Shown here: positions 7,566 through 16,551 of the stretch, one piece after another | Position numbering within the stretch: the first letter of the stretch is position 1 | Layout of the letters: the number at the start of each line of letters is the position of its first letter | Source: Patescibacteria group bacterium | GTDB lineage: Bacteria > Patescibacteriota > Kazan-3B-28 > UBA10110 | Direction of reading: 5' to 3' | Length of the DNA stretch: 29,415 nucleotides | NCBI GenBank assembly: GCA_034658875.1 | Contig: JAYEGB010000054.1 | Span: forward strand, 1-29,415 | Made by a program: the position numbers and the translations under genes | Notes under the pieces: model-generated | Database searches by the model: none | What the model saw: the letters and a program-made list of their open reading frames with translations, nothing else | Told to the model about the DNA's origin: nothing

Positions 7566-8537
7566 TTAAATTTTTGCTGGTGTTTTTCTGGCTTCTTCTT
7601 CAGTGGATGCAAATATCATTTTGCCAGCTACAGTTTGAAAAACTTTTGTTACAAAAACTGTTTTTTCTTCACCAATAAACTTCGATCCATTCTCTACAAC
7701 TACCATTGTCCCATCATCAAAATACCCAACTCCCTGAGTTTTGTCCTTGCCTTCCTGAACAAGTTTTATTTTTAATTCCTCACCCGGCAAAACTACCGGA
7801 CGAAGTGCAGTATTTAGTTCATTCACATTCAAAACTTTTATACCCTGAATGTTGGCAACCCGATTAAGATTGTAATCTACCGTCATAAGTGAGCCTTTTT
7901 TTTCTTTTGTCAGCTTAACAATTTTAGAGTCTACCTCTATTTCGCTTGGGTAGTCATCGTCTACTACCAAAATTTTTACACTTTTTTCACGGCGCAGTTC
8001 GCTTAATACATCCAAACCTCGTTTCCCACGACTTCTACGAAGTTCTTCGGAAGAATCGGCTATGGACTGAAGTTCGTTAAGTACAAATTTAGGAATAATT
8101 AATTTCCCAGACAAAAATCCTGCACGAACGACCTCTAAAATACGCCCGTCAATAATAACTGAGGTATCTAACACAATTTGATTACTATCAAGACTGACCT
8201 TGGAAAACATTTCTCTACGACTAACTGAAGCAATGTTAGATAACAGCGTTCCTAAATGTTGGAAAAACTTACTTATCCCCTCGCGCTGATTGTAAACGTA
8301 AGTAGTAACAATAGCCGCACTAAATACATTTATGACCAACGGAAGCCACTGGCCATAAGGATCACGAAGCGAACTAAGAGGACTTGAAATTAATGTTCCA
8401 ATCGAAAGACCAATGATTACACCAGAAATAATAATAGCAAAATCAGCCGACCGTATAGCGATAGACTTACGAACAAAAGCAAGATAGGCAACGATTAAAA
8501 GTAGTACTACGCCACCAATAATTTGTGCATACATCAT
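7566..8537 (-). CDS. Membrane PIN/TRAM domain protein (YacL-like)
   Basis: N-terminal TMs, LDTSVIIDGRI, RGKRGLDVL, TVDYNL, QGVGYFDDGTMVVVE. Confidence 0.93.
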   Translation of the reverse strand: MMYAQIIGGVVLLLIVAYLAFVRKSIAIRSADFAIIISGVIIGLSIGTLISSPLSSLRDPYGQWLPLVINVFSAAIVTTYVYNQREGISKFFQHLGTLLSNIASVSRREMFSKVSLDSNQIVLDTSVIIDGRILEVVRAGFLSGKLIIPKFVLNELQSIADSSEELRRSRGKRGLDVLSELRREKSVKILVVDDDYPSEIEVDSKIVKLTKEKKGSLMTVDYNLNRVANIQGIKVLNVNELNTALRPVVLPGEELKIKLVQEGKDKTQGVGYFDDGTMVVVENGSKFIGEEKTVFVTKVFQTVAGKMIFASTEEEARKTPAKI

Positions 8538-8588
8538 GAGAATAAATATAAATAATAAATAAGACCAACCTAGTTTTAGAAAGTGCGT

Positions 8589-11075
8589 TTACTTTTTAAC
8601 TTTGTCTACCCGCGGCTTGCTGGCTTTCAGTATAAGCTCGTTATCTTTAATATCTACTTTTACACTACTGCCTTTTTTAAATTCGTTTTTCAAAATGCCT
8701 TCGGCCAATTGATCTTCGATAGTATTTTGAATTACACGACGTACTGGCCTGGCTCCACTATCGGGGTCAAATCCATGCTCGGTTATATACTCGCGAGCTT
8801 TTTTAGAAACATCCAGTTTAATTCTTTGGTTCTCCAACCTAGAAACAAGTTGATCTATTTGCAAGTCTACAATTTCGCGAATGTTCTCTTTGTTTAGCGG
8901 GTGGAATATGACAATTTTATCAATTCTATTCAAAAACTCTGGGCGAAACGTCTTCTTCAAATCTTCTCGAACTTGGTTTTGCAGATTCTCATAGGCAGTT
9001 GCTGCTTCTTTATTATCATCTTTAAATCCAATGCTAGCTTGCTTGTTAAGCATACTGGTTCCAACATTAGAAGTTAAGATAATAATTGTGTTTTTAAATG
9101 ATACCTGTCTACCCTTGGCATCGGTTAAGAAACCATCTTCTAAAATTTGAAGGAGAATATTCATAACATCTGGATGAGCTTTTTCGATTTCGTCCAAAAG
9201 AACAACTGCATATGGCTTTCTGCGAATAGTTTCAGTAAGCTTTCCGCCTTCTTCGTAACCAACATAGCCTGCCGGTGCACCAATAAGACGAGACACGTTG
9301 TGCTTTTCCATAAATTCGCTCATATCGATGCGAACAAGCGCACTTTTATCTTTAAAAATACCTTCAGCCAAGACCTTGGCTAACTCGGTTTTACCAACTC
9401 CCGTAGGGCCTAAGAACATAAACGATCCCATTGGGCGATCTGGATTACCGATTTGAACGCGTGACCTGCGAACAGCCGACGCCACTGCTTCTACGGCTTC
9501 GTCTTGGCCAATAATTCGACTCTTTAAGATATCTCCAAGCTTACTAAGATTTTGGATTTCGTCGCCAGCCAACTCACCTACCGGAATATTGGTCCAAAGT
9601 GAAACCACCCTGGCAATTGATTCTTGCGTAACCTTTGGCCAAGTAGATTTATCACCATCGGCCGACTTTTTTTGCTCTTCTTCTATGCGTTTTTGAATCC
9701 TTATTTCTTGGGCACGAAGTTTAGCCGCCTGTTCGTAATCCTGTGATTCCACAGCTGTTTCTTTTTCTTTAATAACATTCTCTAGTTGAACACGATCTTC
9801 ACTAGTACCTGCCTTAACCAAGCCAGATGAAATTCTTACAGCCGAAGCTGCTTCATCAATAAGGTCTATGGCTTTATCAGGGAGATAGCGATCGTTAATA
9901 TAGCGAACCGACATAGAAACTGCTGCCTCTATCGTCTCTGGCAAAATGATTACCTTGTGGTAGTCTTCGTATTTTTCTTTTATACCCATAATAATTCCGA
10001 CCGTTTCCTTGGCAGATGGCTCACCAACCAAAATTGGTTGGAACCTACGCTCTAGCGCAGCGTCTTTTTCGATATGTTTTCTGTATTCGTCTAAAGTTGT
10101 GGCTCCAATTAACTGTAAATCGCCACGAGCCAATGCTGGTTTCAAAATATTAGCAGCATCCAAGCTGCCTTCGGCACTACCAGCACCAACCAAAGTGTGT
10201 AACTCGTCTACAAATAAAAGTACATCTTTAGCTTTTCCGACTTCTTCGACGATTTGGTTGATTCTTTCTTCAAATTCACCACGATATTTTGTACCGGCTA
10301 CCATTGCAGATGGATTAAGTACCATAATTCGTTTATCGGAAATGTTTTCTGGTACTTCTTTGTTTACAATTTTTATAGCTAGCCCTTCAACAATTGCCGT
10401 TTTACCAATCCCGGGGTCACCTATAAGTACTGGATTGTTTTTAGTGCGACGATTTAATATTTGGATCACCCGTTGGATCTCGTTATCACGACCAACAATT
10501 GGATCAATTTTGCCAGATTTGGCCAAGGCTGTAAGATCAATGCTGAATTTATCTAAAATTGGTGTGGAGGATTTTGGTTTTGCTGCCTCACCAGATACAC
10601 CTTCACCAGCCATACCCTCGGCATTAGATTTTGCGGTAGCCTGGATGGCGTCTAAAGCTATTCTATTTATCTCGTTAGAATCAATCCCCAGCTCTTTAAT
10701 TACTTTAAAGGCCCGACTATCTTTGTTTTGCATCATAGCTAGCAATAAATGCTCAGTACCAATGTAATAACTGCCATATTGAGCAGCTAACAGCACAGCC
10801 GTTTCTACTAAACGCCTGGCGCCCGGAGTTAAACCAACTTTTGTAACACTTTCGTCTCGGCGAGAAATATTTACAACCATATCTACCTTCTCCCAACTAA
10901 GCCCCATACTACTTAATACCTCAAAAGCCGTACCACTTCGTATATTAAGCATTGCTAAAAGTAGGTGCTCGGTACCTAAGTGCGCAGACCCGAAATCCCT
11001 TGCCACTTTTTGGGCGTTGGTTAGGATTTTCTTCGCATTGGTCGTAAATTTATCTAGATAATTGTATCCTTCCAT
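8589..11075 (-). CDS. clpC: ATP-dependent Clp protease ATP-binding subunit ClpC
   Basis: Two Clp-N repeats, Walker A GDPGIGKT and [11 protein letters not shown]-type middle domain ([11 protein letters not shown]), IGF ClpP-docking loop. Confidence 0.96.
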   Translation of the reverse strand: MEGYNYLDKFTTNAKKILTNAQKVARDFGSAHLGTEHLLLAMLNIRSGTAFEVLSSMGLSWEKVDMVVNISRRDESVTKVGLTPGARRLVETAVLLAAQYGSYYIGTEHLLLAMMQNKDSRAFKVIKELGIDSNEINRIALDAIQATAKSNAEGMAGEGVSGEAAKPKSSTPILDKFSIDLTALAKSGKIDPIVGRDNEIQRVIQILNRRTKNNPVLIGDPGIGKTAIVEGLAIKIVNKEVPENISDKRIMVLNPSAMVAGTKYRGEFEERINQIVEEVGKAKDVLLFVDELHTLVGAGSAEGSLDAANILKPALARGDLQLIGATTLDEYRKHIEKDAALERRFQPILVGEPSAKETVGIIMGIKEKYEDYHKVIILPETIEAAVSMSVRYINDRYLPDKAIDLIDEAASAVRISSGLVKAGTSEDRVQLENVIKEKETAVESQDYEQAAKLRAQEIRIQKRIEEEQKKSADGDKSTWPKVTQESIARVVSLWTNIPVGELAGDEIQNLSKLGDILKSRIIGQDEAVEAVASAVRRSRVQIGNPDRPMGSFMFLGPTGVGKTELAKVLAEGIFKDKSALVRIDMSEFMEKHNVSRLIGAPAGYVGYEEGGKLTETIRRKPYAVVLLDEIEKAHPDVMNILLQILEDGFLTDAKGRQVSFKNTIIILTSNVGTSMLNKQASIGFKDDNKEAATAYENLQNQVREDLKKTFRPEFLNRIDKIVIFHPLNKENIREIVDLQIDQLVSRLENQRIKLDVSKKAREYITEHGFDPDSGARPVRRVIQNTIEDQLAEGILKNEFKKGSSVKVDIKDNELILKASKPRVDKVKK

Positions 11076-11105
11076 ACCTCTACTTATTTTATACTATTTC
11101 TAAAA

Positions 11106-12302
11106 TTATGCTTCGGCTGGTGGATTTTCTTCCGTCTCAGACTTGTTTTCTTCTTCTGGCTTTTCTTCGGACACCTCCTCTTGTGGCTCTTCTGGCTTTG
11201 GAGTTTCTTCAGAAATCTCCCCTTCTGGAGCTAATTCTTCGCTTATTTCTTTGTTGGTTTCGATGGGGGGCATACCTTCTTTATCTATCTCAATTTGATA
11301 TCCAGTAAGTTTACTTGCCAAACGAACATTCTGACCAGCCTTGCCGATGGCTAGTGAAAGTTGATCACTATCAACTTTGATCTTTGCTGTTTTAGTTTCT
11401 TCATTGATATCAACTTCCTCTACTTTGGCTGGGGCTAGTGCATTTATTATAAATACCTTTGGGTCTTCATCCCAAAGTACAATATCGATTTTTTCATCAC
11501 CAATTTCAGCCATAACTGCCTGAACACGCACACCACGGCGGCCAACTAACGACCCAACTGGATCAATAGCCTCTTGGTGCGAAACCACGGCCACTTTAGA
11601 ACGAACTCCGGCTTCACGCGAGATAGCTTTAAGCTCCACTGTACCAGCTGTAATTTCTGGTACCTCGGTTTCAAATAATTTTCTGATCATTTCTGGATGT
11701 GAACGCGACAAAATAACCTGCGGATCCTTACCGCTTGTTTGTACCTCGGCTACATATACTTTAATTCGCTGGCCAATGTAATGTCTATCGGAACGAGATT
11801 GCTCCGATGGGAATAAAATACCCGAAGCCTTGCCGATATCCACCATTACTACATCGCCCTCCATTCGCTGAACAGTTCCAGCAATAAGCTCTCCTTCTTT
11901 TGATTTATATTCTTGGTAAACTACATCGCGTTCGGCTTCCCTTAGACGTTGCAAAATAACCTGCTTAGCAGTTTGGGCGGCCACACGACCATACTCGGCT
12001 GGTGGAAACACTTCTTCACGAAGTTCACCACCAATCTCGGCCTTTGGATCCTTCTTTTTGGCATCCTCTAGAGTAATCTCACGCATTGGCTCTTCTACTT
12101 CTTCAACAACTGTGTGTACTACAAAAAGCCTAGTCTTCTCGGTTTTGGAATCGATTTTGGCAACAATATGTTGTTCTTTTTGACCAAAATCTTTTCGATA
12201 CGCAGCAGCCAAAGCATATTCTACAGTTTCTAGAATTACTTCTTTGCTAATGCCTTTTTCTTCAGCAATCTGTGAAATTGCCGATAAAAATTGTGAATCC
12301 AT
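11106..12302 (-). CDS. nusA: Transcription termination/antitermination factor NusA
   Basis: GRVAAQTAKQVI, S1 and KH domains (REAGVRSK, GKAGQNVRLAS), acidic tail. Confidence 0.98.
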   Translation of the reverse strand: MDSQFLSAISQIAEEKGISKEVILETVEYALAAAYRKDFGQKEQHIVAKIDSKTEKTRLFVVHTVVEEVEEPMREITLEDAKKKDPKAEIGGELREEVFPPAEYGRVAAQTAKQVILQRLREAERDVVYQEYKSKEGELIAGTVQRMEGDVVMVDIGKASGILFPSEQSRSDRHYIGQRIKVYVAEVQTSGKDPQVILSRSHPEMIRKLFETEVPEITAGTVELKAISREAGVRSKVAVVSHQEAIDPVGSLVGRRGVRVQAVMAEIGDEKIDIVLWDEDPKVFIINALAPAKVEEVDINEETKTAKIKVDSDQLSLAIGKAGQNVRLASKLTGYQIEIDKEGMPPIETNKEISEELAPEGEISEETPKPEEPQEEVSEEKPEEENKSETEENPPAEA

Positions 12303-12320
12303 AATTGTCTATTAAGTGTT

Positions 12321-12343
12321 AAAAAAGTGGGACAACCCACTTC
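12321..12343 (-). terminator. Terminator hairpin in the nusA leader (candidate attenuator)
   Basis: GTGGG-TTGT-CCCAC followed by T6, between the promoter and the nusA ATG. Confidence 0.7.
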
Positions 12344-12350
12344 TAGACTA

Positions 12351-12379
12351 ATAATACCCCGCATGCTGACATTAGTCAA
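12351..12379 (-). promoter_or_regulatory. Sigma70 promoter of nusA
   Basis: TTGACT-17 nt-TATTAT overlapping the yraN stop. Confidence 0.75.
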
Positions 12380-12797
12380 CCCCAAGAAAAGCCTCTGGAA
12401 TCCAATTAACTAAATATCTTCTCTCACTTTTTTTATGTAATATTTCAATAACTCCAAGATGCACTTCCCCATCAAACGGATATTTTTGCAGATATTCTTT
12501 AGCAACTTCTTTTATCTTGTTTTGCTTTCTATAATTAACTGCCTCGGAAGGCCTCCCAAAGTTTAAGCTCGATCTTGTTTTAACTTCTACGAAATATAGG
12601 TTGGAATTTTTCTCGGCTACAATATCGATCTCACCGACATATGTTCGAAAACCGGTTTTAGTAATTTTAAAACCCTTGATCCTTAAATACTTAGCCGCCA
12701 ATACCTCGCCTACTTCGCCAAGTTTTAGCATTTGATTGCCAAATTTGCTGTATTGTTTATTTTTTCTTTTATTGGCTTGTAGCTTTTTCTGTGCCAA
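12372..12797 (-). CDS. yraN: YraN / UPF0102 nuclease-fold protein
   Basis: GE..A..YL..KGF, GEIDIV, FVEVKTR, EAVN.RKQ. True start may be ATG 12731. Confidence 0.9.
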   Translation of the reverse strand: MAQKKLQANKRKNKQYSKFGNQMLKLGEVGEVLAAKYLRIKGFKITKTGFRTYVGEIDIVAEKNSNLYFVEVKTRSSLNFGRPSEAVNYRKQNKIKEVAKEYLQKYPFDGEVHLGVIEILHKKSERRYLVNWIPEAFLGVD

Positions 12798-13375
12798 TTA
12801 CTAACACCGTGTTTATCGATAAGTTGTTGATGCAAAGCCGTACCATAGCCTTTGTGTAATTCAAATTTATAACATGACTCGTTCTCAGCAATTACTTGCA
12901 TCATTCTATCTCTAGACACTTTGGCTACAATCGAAGCTGCTGCAATCGAAACCGACTTACAGTCGCCGTCTATAACCCCACTCGATGGCACCTCGGCAAA
13001 CCCAACTTTAAAACCATCCACCAATATATATTGAGGTTTTATTTCTAAATTATCAACGGCACGGCGCATAGCCAAATATGTGGCACGCCCAATACCCATT
13101 TCATCAATTTCCGAAGTATCGGCCACTCCCAAACCTACCCCAGCTGCAATTTCATATATCTTTTCCAAAAGTTTTTCGCGCTGAAGCGGAGTTAAAAGCT
13201 TTGAATCATTTATACCGTAATAACGATTCAAAAAAGGCAGCACTACCGCTGCTGCCACTACCGGACCAGCCCAGGCTCCACGACCTGCCTCATCCACACC
13301 TGCAATTGCCAAATAACCTTCCTTTTGCAGGTCTCTTTCTATCTTAAGATTTGGTTTCTTCCGAATCCTCTTCAC
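12725..13375 (-). CDS. rnhB: Ribonuclease HII
   Basis: [45 protein letters not shown]. Confidence 0.97.
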   Translation of the reverse strand: MKRIRKKPNLKIERDLQKEGYLAIAGVDEAGRGAWAGPVVAAAVVLPFLNRYYGINDSKLLTPLQREKLLEKIYEIAAGVGLGVADTSEIDEMGIGRATYLAMRRAVDNLEIKPQYILVDGFKVGFAEVPSSGVIDGDCKSVSIAAASIVAKVSRDRMMQVIAENESCYKFELHKGYGTALHQQLIDKHGVSNWHRKSYKPIKEKINNTANLAIKC

Positions 13376-13937
13376 TTTTCACCTCCTCCTCTACTTTACC
13401 ATCTTCTGGTTTAGTAGATTCTTCGGTAGACTTTTCTGGGGTTTCTTCTTCTTTCTTCTCTGTAGCTTCTTTTGGAGCTTCGCCTGATGTTTCTTCTTTC
13501 TTTTCTTCTTCGGCAGCAGCTTCTACGGCTTCTTGAAGGTCTTCTTCGCTTGGTTCCTGAACTTCTTGGTTTTGAGCCACAAATTCCCAAATATCTTTAT
13601 CTATCTTTTTTTCTTTCATCTTAAGAGCTTTACCAGTAAGATTGCGCAAATAGTAAAGCTTGGCACGGCGTACGGCCGAACCTTTTTTAAATTCAATTTT
13701 AACTACACTTGGTGAATTAAGTGGAAAAGTTCGTTCCACGCCTACCCCATAAGTAATCTTACGAACAGTAAAAGTGGCACTAGGACCAGTTTTGCCCTTA
13801 GTTTTAATAACAATTCCTTCAAAAACCTGGACCCTTTCCTTGTTTCCCTCGAAAATTTTCTGATGAACTCGAATAATGTCTCCAGGTCTTATCTCTGGGA
13901 GTTTTGATTTGCTATCTGTTGTAAGTGTTTTTGCCAT
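13344..13937 (-). CDS. rplS: 50S ribosomal protein L19 with long acidic tail
   Basis: [35 protein letters not shown]. Confidence 0.97.
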   Translation of the reverse strand: MAKTLTTDSKSKLPEIRPGDIIRVHQKIFEGNKERVQVFEGIVIKTKGKTGPSATFTVRKITYGVGVERTFPLNSPSVVKIEFKKGSAVRRAKLYYLRNLTGKALKMKEKKIDKDIWEFVAQNQEVQEPSEEDLQEAVEAAAEEEKKEETSGEAPKEATEKKEEETPEKSTEESTKPEDGKVEEEVKSEEDSEETKS

Positions 13938-13963
13938 ATCTGGTATCTTTAAATTACTTAGCT

Positions 13964-13992
13964 ATGGTAGCAGAAAACTTACACCTTATCAA
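13964..13992 (-). promoter_or_regulatory. Promoter of rplS-rnhB-yraN
   Basis: TTGATA-17 nt-TACCAT with TGn extension. Confidence 0.6.
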
Positions 13993-14063
13993 TAGGGGTG
14001 GTTTTGGGTGATTTTTAATGGCTTCTGCTGTCCAGTAAAATTAAGCCGTTAAGGTTTTTGAGT

Positions 14064-14092
14064 AAAAAATGGGGCAAGTGATTGCTTGCCCC
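14064..14092 (-). terminator. Intrinsic terminator of 14114..14449
   Basis: GGGGCAAG-6 nt-CTTGCCCC followed by ATTTTTT on the minus strand. Confidence 0.8.
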
Positions 14093-14113
14093 TGTTTGTT
14101 TGATATCACAACT

Positions 14114-14449
14114 CTAGAACCCTGAGGCTTTTAAGCCTCTTTTTAATTTTTCTTCAACAAGCGCATCGAATTTAGAAACAGGAAATATCTCAATCTCTAC
14201 GTCCGAGATAGGCTCAACTGTAACCAGATCTTCGAATTCGCTTATAACTACCTGTCTGACTCTTTTAGGGCACTTGTGCAAAGTCAACCATCCATCGACC
14301 CTATCTATAACCTCTTTCAGTGTGCGGGCATGTTGCTCTTTGATAGTTCGCCGAAGTGGACTCACCGTTCCTTCGGGTATTCCGTCTGTCCATTCGGGAA
14401 AAGGGTTTTGATCGTCCTGCGAAGCAGTTTGTTGTGATTTGTCTGACAA
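14114..14449 (-). CDS. Hypothetical protein, 111 aa
   Basis: TTG start with SD GGAGG, TATAAT upstream, own terminator; no family recognised. Confidence 0.7.
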   Translation of the reverse strand: MSDKSQQTASQDDQNPFPEWTDGIPEGTVSPLRRTIKEQHARTLKEVIDRVDGWLTLHKCPKRVRQVVISEFEDLVTVEPISDVEIEIFPVSKFDALVEEKLKRGLKASGF

Positions 14450-14540
14450 TGTACGTCCTCCACAATCCAGATTTTTTGCCAGAAGGTGTTACTCCTAGCA
14501 ATGTACTTAAATTATATATAAAAATGCGCTACTGTAAAGT

Positions 14541-14567
14541 AAAACCCTGTACTAAAGCGCAGGGTTT
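14541..14567 (-). terminator. Terminator overlapping the stop of the hydrolase gene
   Basis: CCCTG..CAGGG stem followed by TTTT on the minus strand. Confidence 0.6.
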
Positions 14568-16501
14568 ATGTCTAAGTTACATCCCCCTTCAATCAAAAGA
14601 TAAAAAACTTCATCAAAGGAAGGAGGATTGGATTCAGAAATGAGCATGCCGCCATCCAGTATATAAATTCCATCGGAATTTACTAAATACGCAACAGCCG
14701 ATTGACCAGAAAGTTCAATCGCCGCGGATTCAAATCCGTAATACCTGGAAACTTCTAAACTAATGCCGCTTAAATCTGCAAACATTGTTTCAGATGTTTC
14801 ACCATAATCAAGTTTGACTGTAATTGGTACGCCAATAACATCCGCGATAACACTTACTTCTTGCTTTTGAACAACACCACTACTTCTTTCGTTAGCAATA
14901 GCTACAATCCCGCTTATATTACCGCCAACCCACAAAGGTTTCCCACAGTCTCTGATAATCATCTCTGCATCGGCAATACTGCCATCACGAGTTCTGGGAC
15001 TTATCCAATACAAATTACTTACACCAGAATTCTGATTGGCAAAATAGATCCTACCACTAAGAAAGTTATTAGTAACCCAGCATGGAGGAGCCGTCAAATC
15101 CACTCCTGAAGCGATTACAACAAATTCTTCTTGCGACTCAAGATTATAGATAACCAGTTTGTCATCAGACTGATACACAAGCCACTCACCATTTGGCGAG
15201 AAGCTTGCCATCGATTTGTCCGTGTCACCAGAAAGCCAAGTTAGGCTATTTCCCAACATACACACAAACGACTGATCTTCGGTTTCCGCTGTCCAAGTTA
15301 ACCTTTCACCGCTTCGATCAAAGCGTGGGAAAGAACAACTTACATCAGAATCCGAAATTTTTTGGCTTTGCCAATCATCGGTTGCCACCCAAACTGCATC
15401 ATCCAAAATATATGCATACCTTGCATCATTGAGTGGATTGAAAATGATAATATCTATTACCGGAAGTTCTGGAATATTGTCTCCGCCAGAAAATTCTGGC
15501 CCTTCGGGTTCTTCAGACAAATTCAAAATACGATCGATCCACTCAAACTCATGTCTGGGTAAAATCATATCGTCTTTACCAGACAAAAGTTCAAAATGAT
15601 CGTAATTAGGCATTATCAACGTAACAGTAGCGCAATACGTAGCCGAGGATACTGGAACCAAACCATCGCTGATTCGATTAAATTCAGTCTCTTCATGCCA
15701 CATCGCATTCGCGATAATCGTTGCACCTAGTTGAGCATGATTTCTGTCTCCCGGACTAACCTCTCCACTTTCCAATATGTCCTCCAAACCACCAAGTATA
15801 GTCTCGGCAACATAATAACTCGGATCTTTTGCCTCAATTGTACCGGCGATCATAAGAAACGGATTGTTTGTTTCCCGTTCTTCACGAGACTCGACAATAT
15901 TATCGGCTCCTTGTGTAAGCCAACAAGCTGCTTCCCACAAAAGACCCTCGGGAAACGAAGGCATTACATTACGCGCAACCTCATCTACCAAAAATGGACT
16001 TACTAGTGGCGTACCATCAACTGGCGAACCCAAAGTGATTGCACCAACCAAAGAATTTGGATATTGCCTATCCAACTCCCAAGTAACGACACCCCCTTGG
16101 CTATAACCGATAACACAAACCATGCTGCCATCCCAACCAAGACTTTCCATATCATTTGCTAAATCAGCAACGATATCGCTAATCTCGCGATGAGTGTTGT
16201 AGGTATAAAGCCAAACTTCTACCTTATCCACCAAATTAAAATCATATATTTCCCCGCAAGCATAATTGATATCGGTAAGCTTGCTGGCAAACATCGTTTC
16301 AATTTGCTCGTGACTGTGCCCAAGGCTGCTTTCATTTTCCACAGTAAATCTACCGTGGATAAAAACAATCTTTTTTGTGTGATCTTGATTGGAATTAGAC
16401 CACTTAAATAGGTTGCTTGTGGATAGATCGAGCTCTTCTCCCGCACCACAACCAGAAACCAATAAGGCATACAGCAAAAACAGAACCTTGATTCGTCGCA
16501 T
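14552..16501 (-). CDS. Putative lipoprotein: alpha/beta hydrolase (lipase-like) fused to a TolB-like beta-propeller
   Basis: Lipobox LVSG-C at Cys18; VFIHG; nucleophile elbow GYSQGG; LGSP..GTP; SDGLVP; DHFEL; C-terminal repeats FDRSGERL and FSPNGEWL; SD AAGGAGGT. Confidence 0.82.
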   Translation of the reverse strand: MRRIKVLFLLYALLVSGCGAGEELDLSTSNLFKWSNSNQDHTKKIVFIHGRFTVENESSLGHSHEQIETMFASKLTDINYACGEIYDFNLVDKVEVWLYTYNTHREISDIVADLANDMESLGWDGSMVCVIGYSQGGVVTWELDRQYPNSLVGAITLGSPVDGTPLVSPFLVDEVARNVMPSFPEGLLWEAACWLTQGADNIVESREERETNNPFLMIAGTIEAKDPSYYVAETILGGLEDILESGEVSPGDRNHAQLGATIIANAMWHEETEFNRISDGLVPVSSATYCATVTLIMPNYDHFELLSGKDDMILPRHEFEWIDRILNLSEEPEGPEFSGGDNIPELPVIDIIIFNPLNDARYAYILDDAVWVATDDWQSQKISDSDVSCSFPRFDRSGERLTWTAETEDQSFVCMLGNSLTWLSGDTDKSMASFSPNGEWLVYQSDDKLVIYNLESQEEFVVIASGVDLTAPPCWVTNNFLSGRIYFANQNSGVSNLYWISPRTRDGSIADAEMIIRDCGKPLWVGGNISGIVAIANERSSGVVQKQEVSVIADVIGVPITVKLDYGETSETMFADLSGISLEVSRYYGFESAAIELSGQSAVAYLVNSDGIYILDGGMLISESNPPSFDEVFYLLIEGGCNLDINPAL

Positions 16502-16551
16502 CCATGATCACCTCCTTTTATAGGCCTGGAGCTAATTTTCAAGGTAAGGAT

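Noticed and set aside
10009-10767. 252-aa plus-strand ORF inside clpC
   Set aside because: Typical antisense frame of a conserved ATPase gene, with no independent signals.
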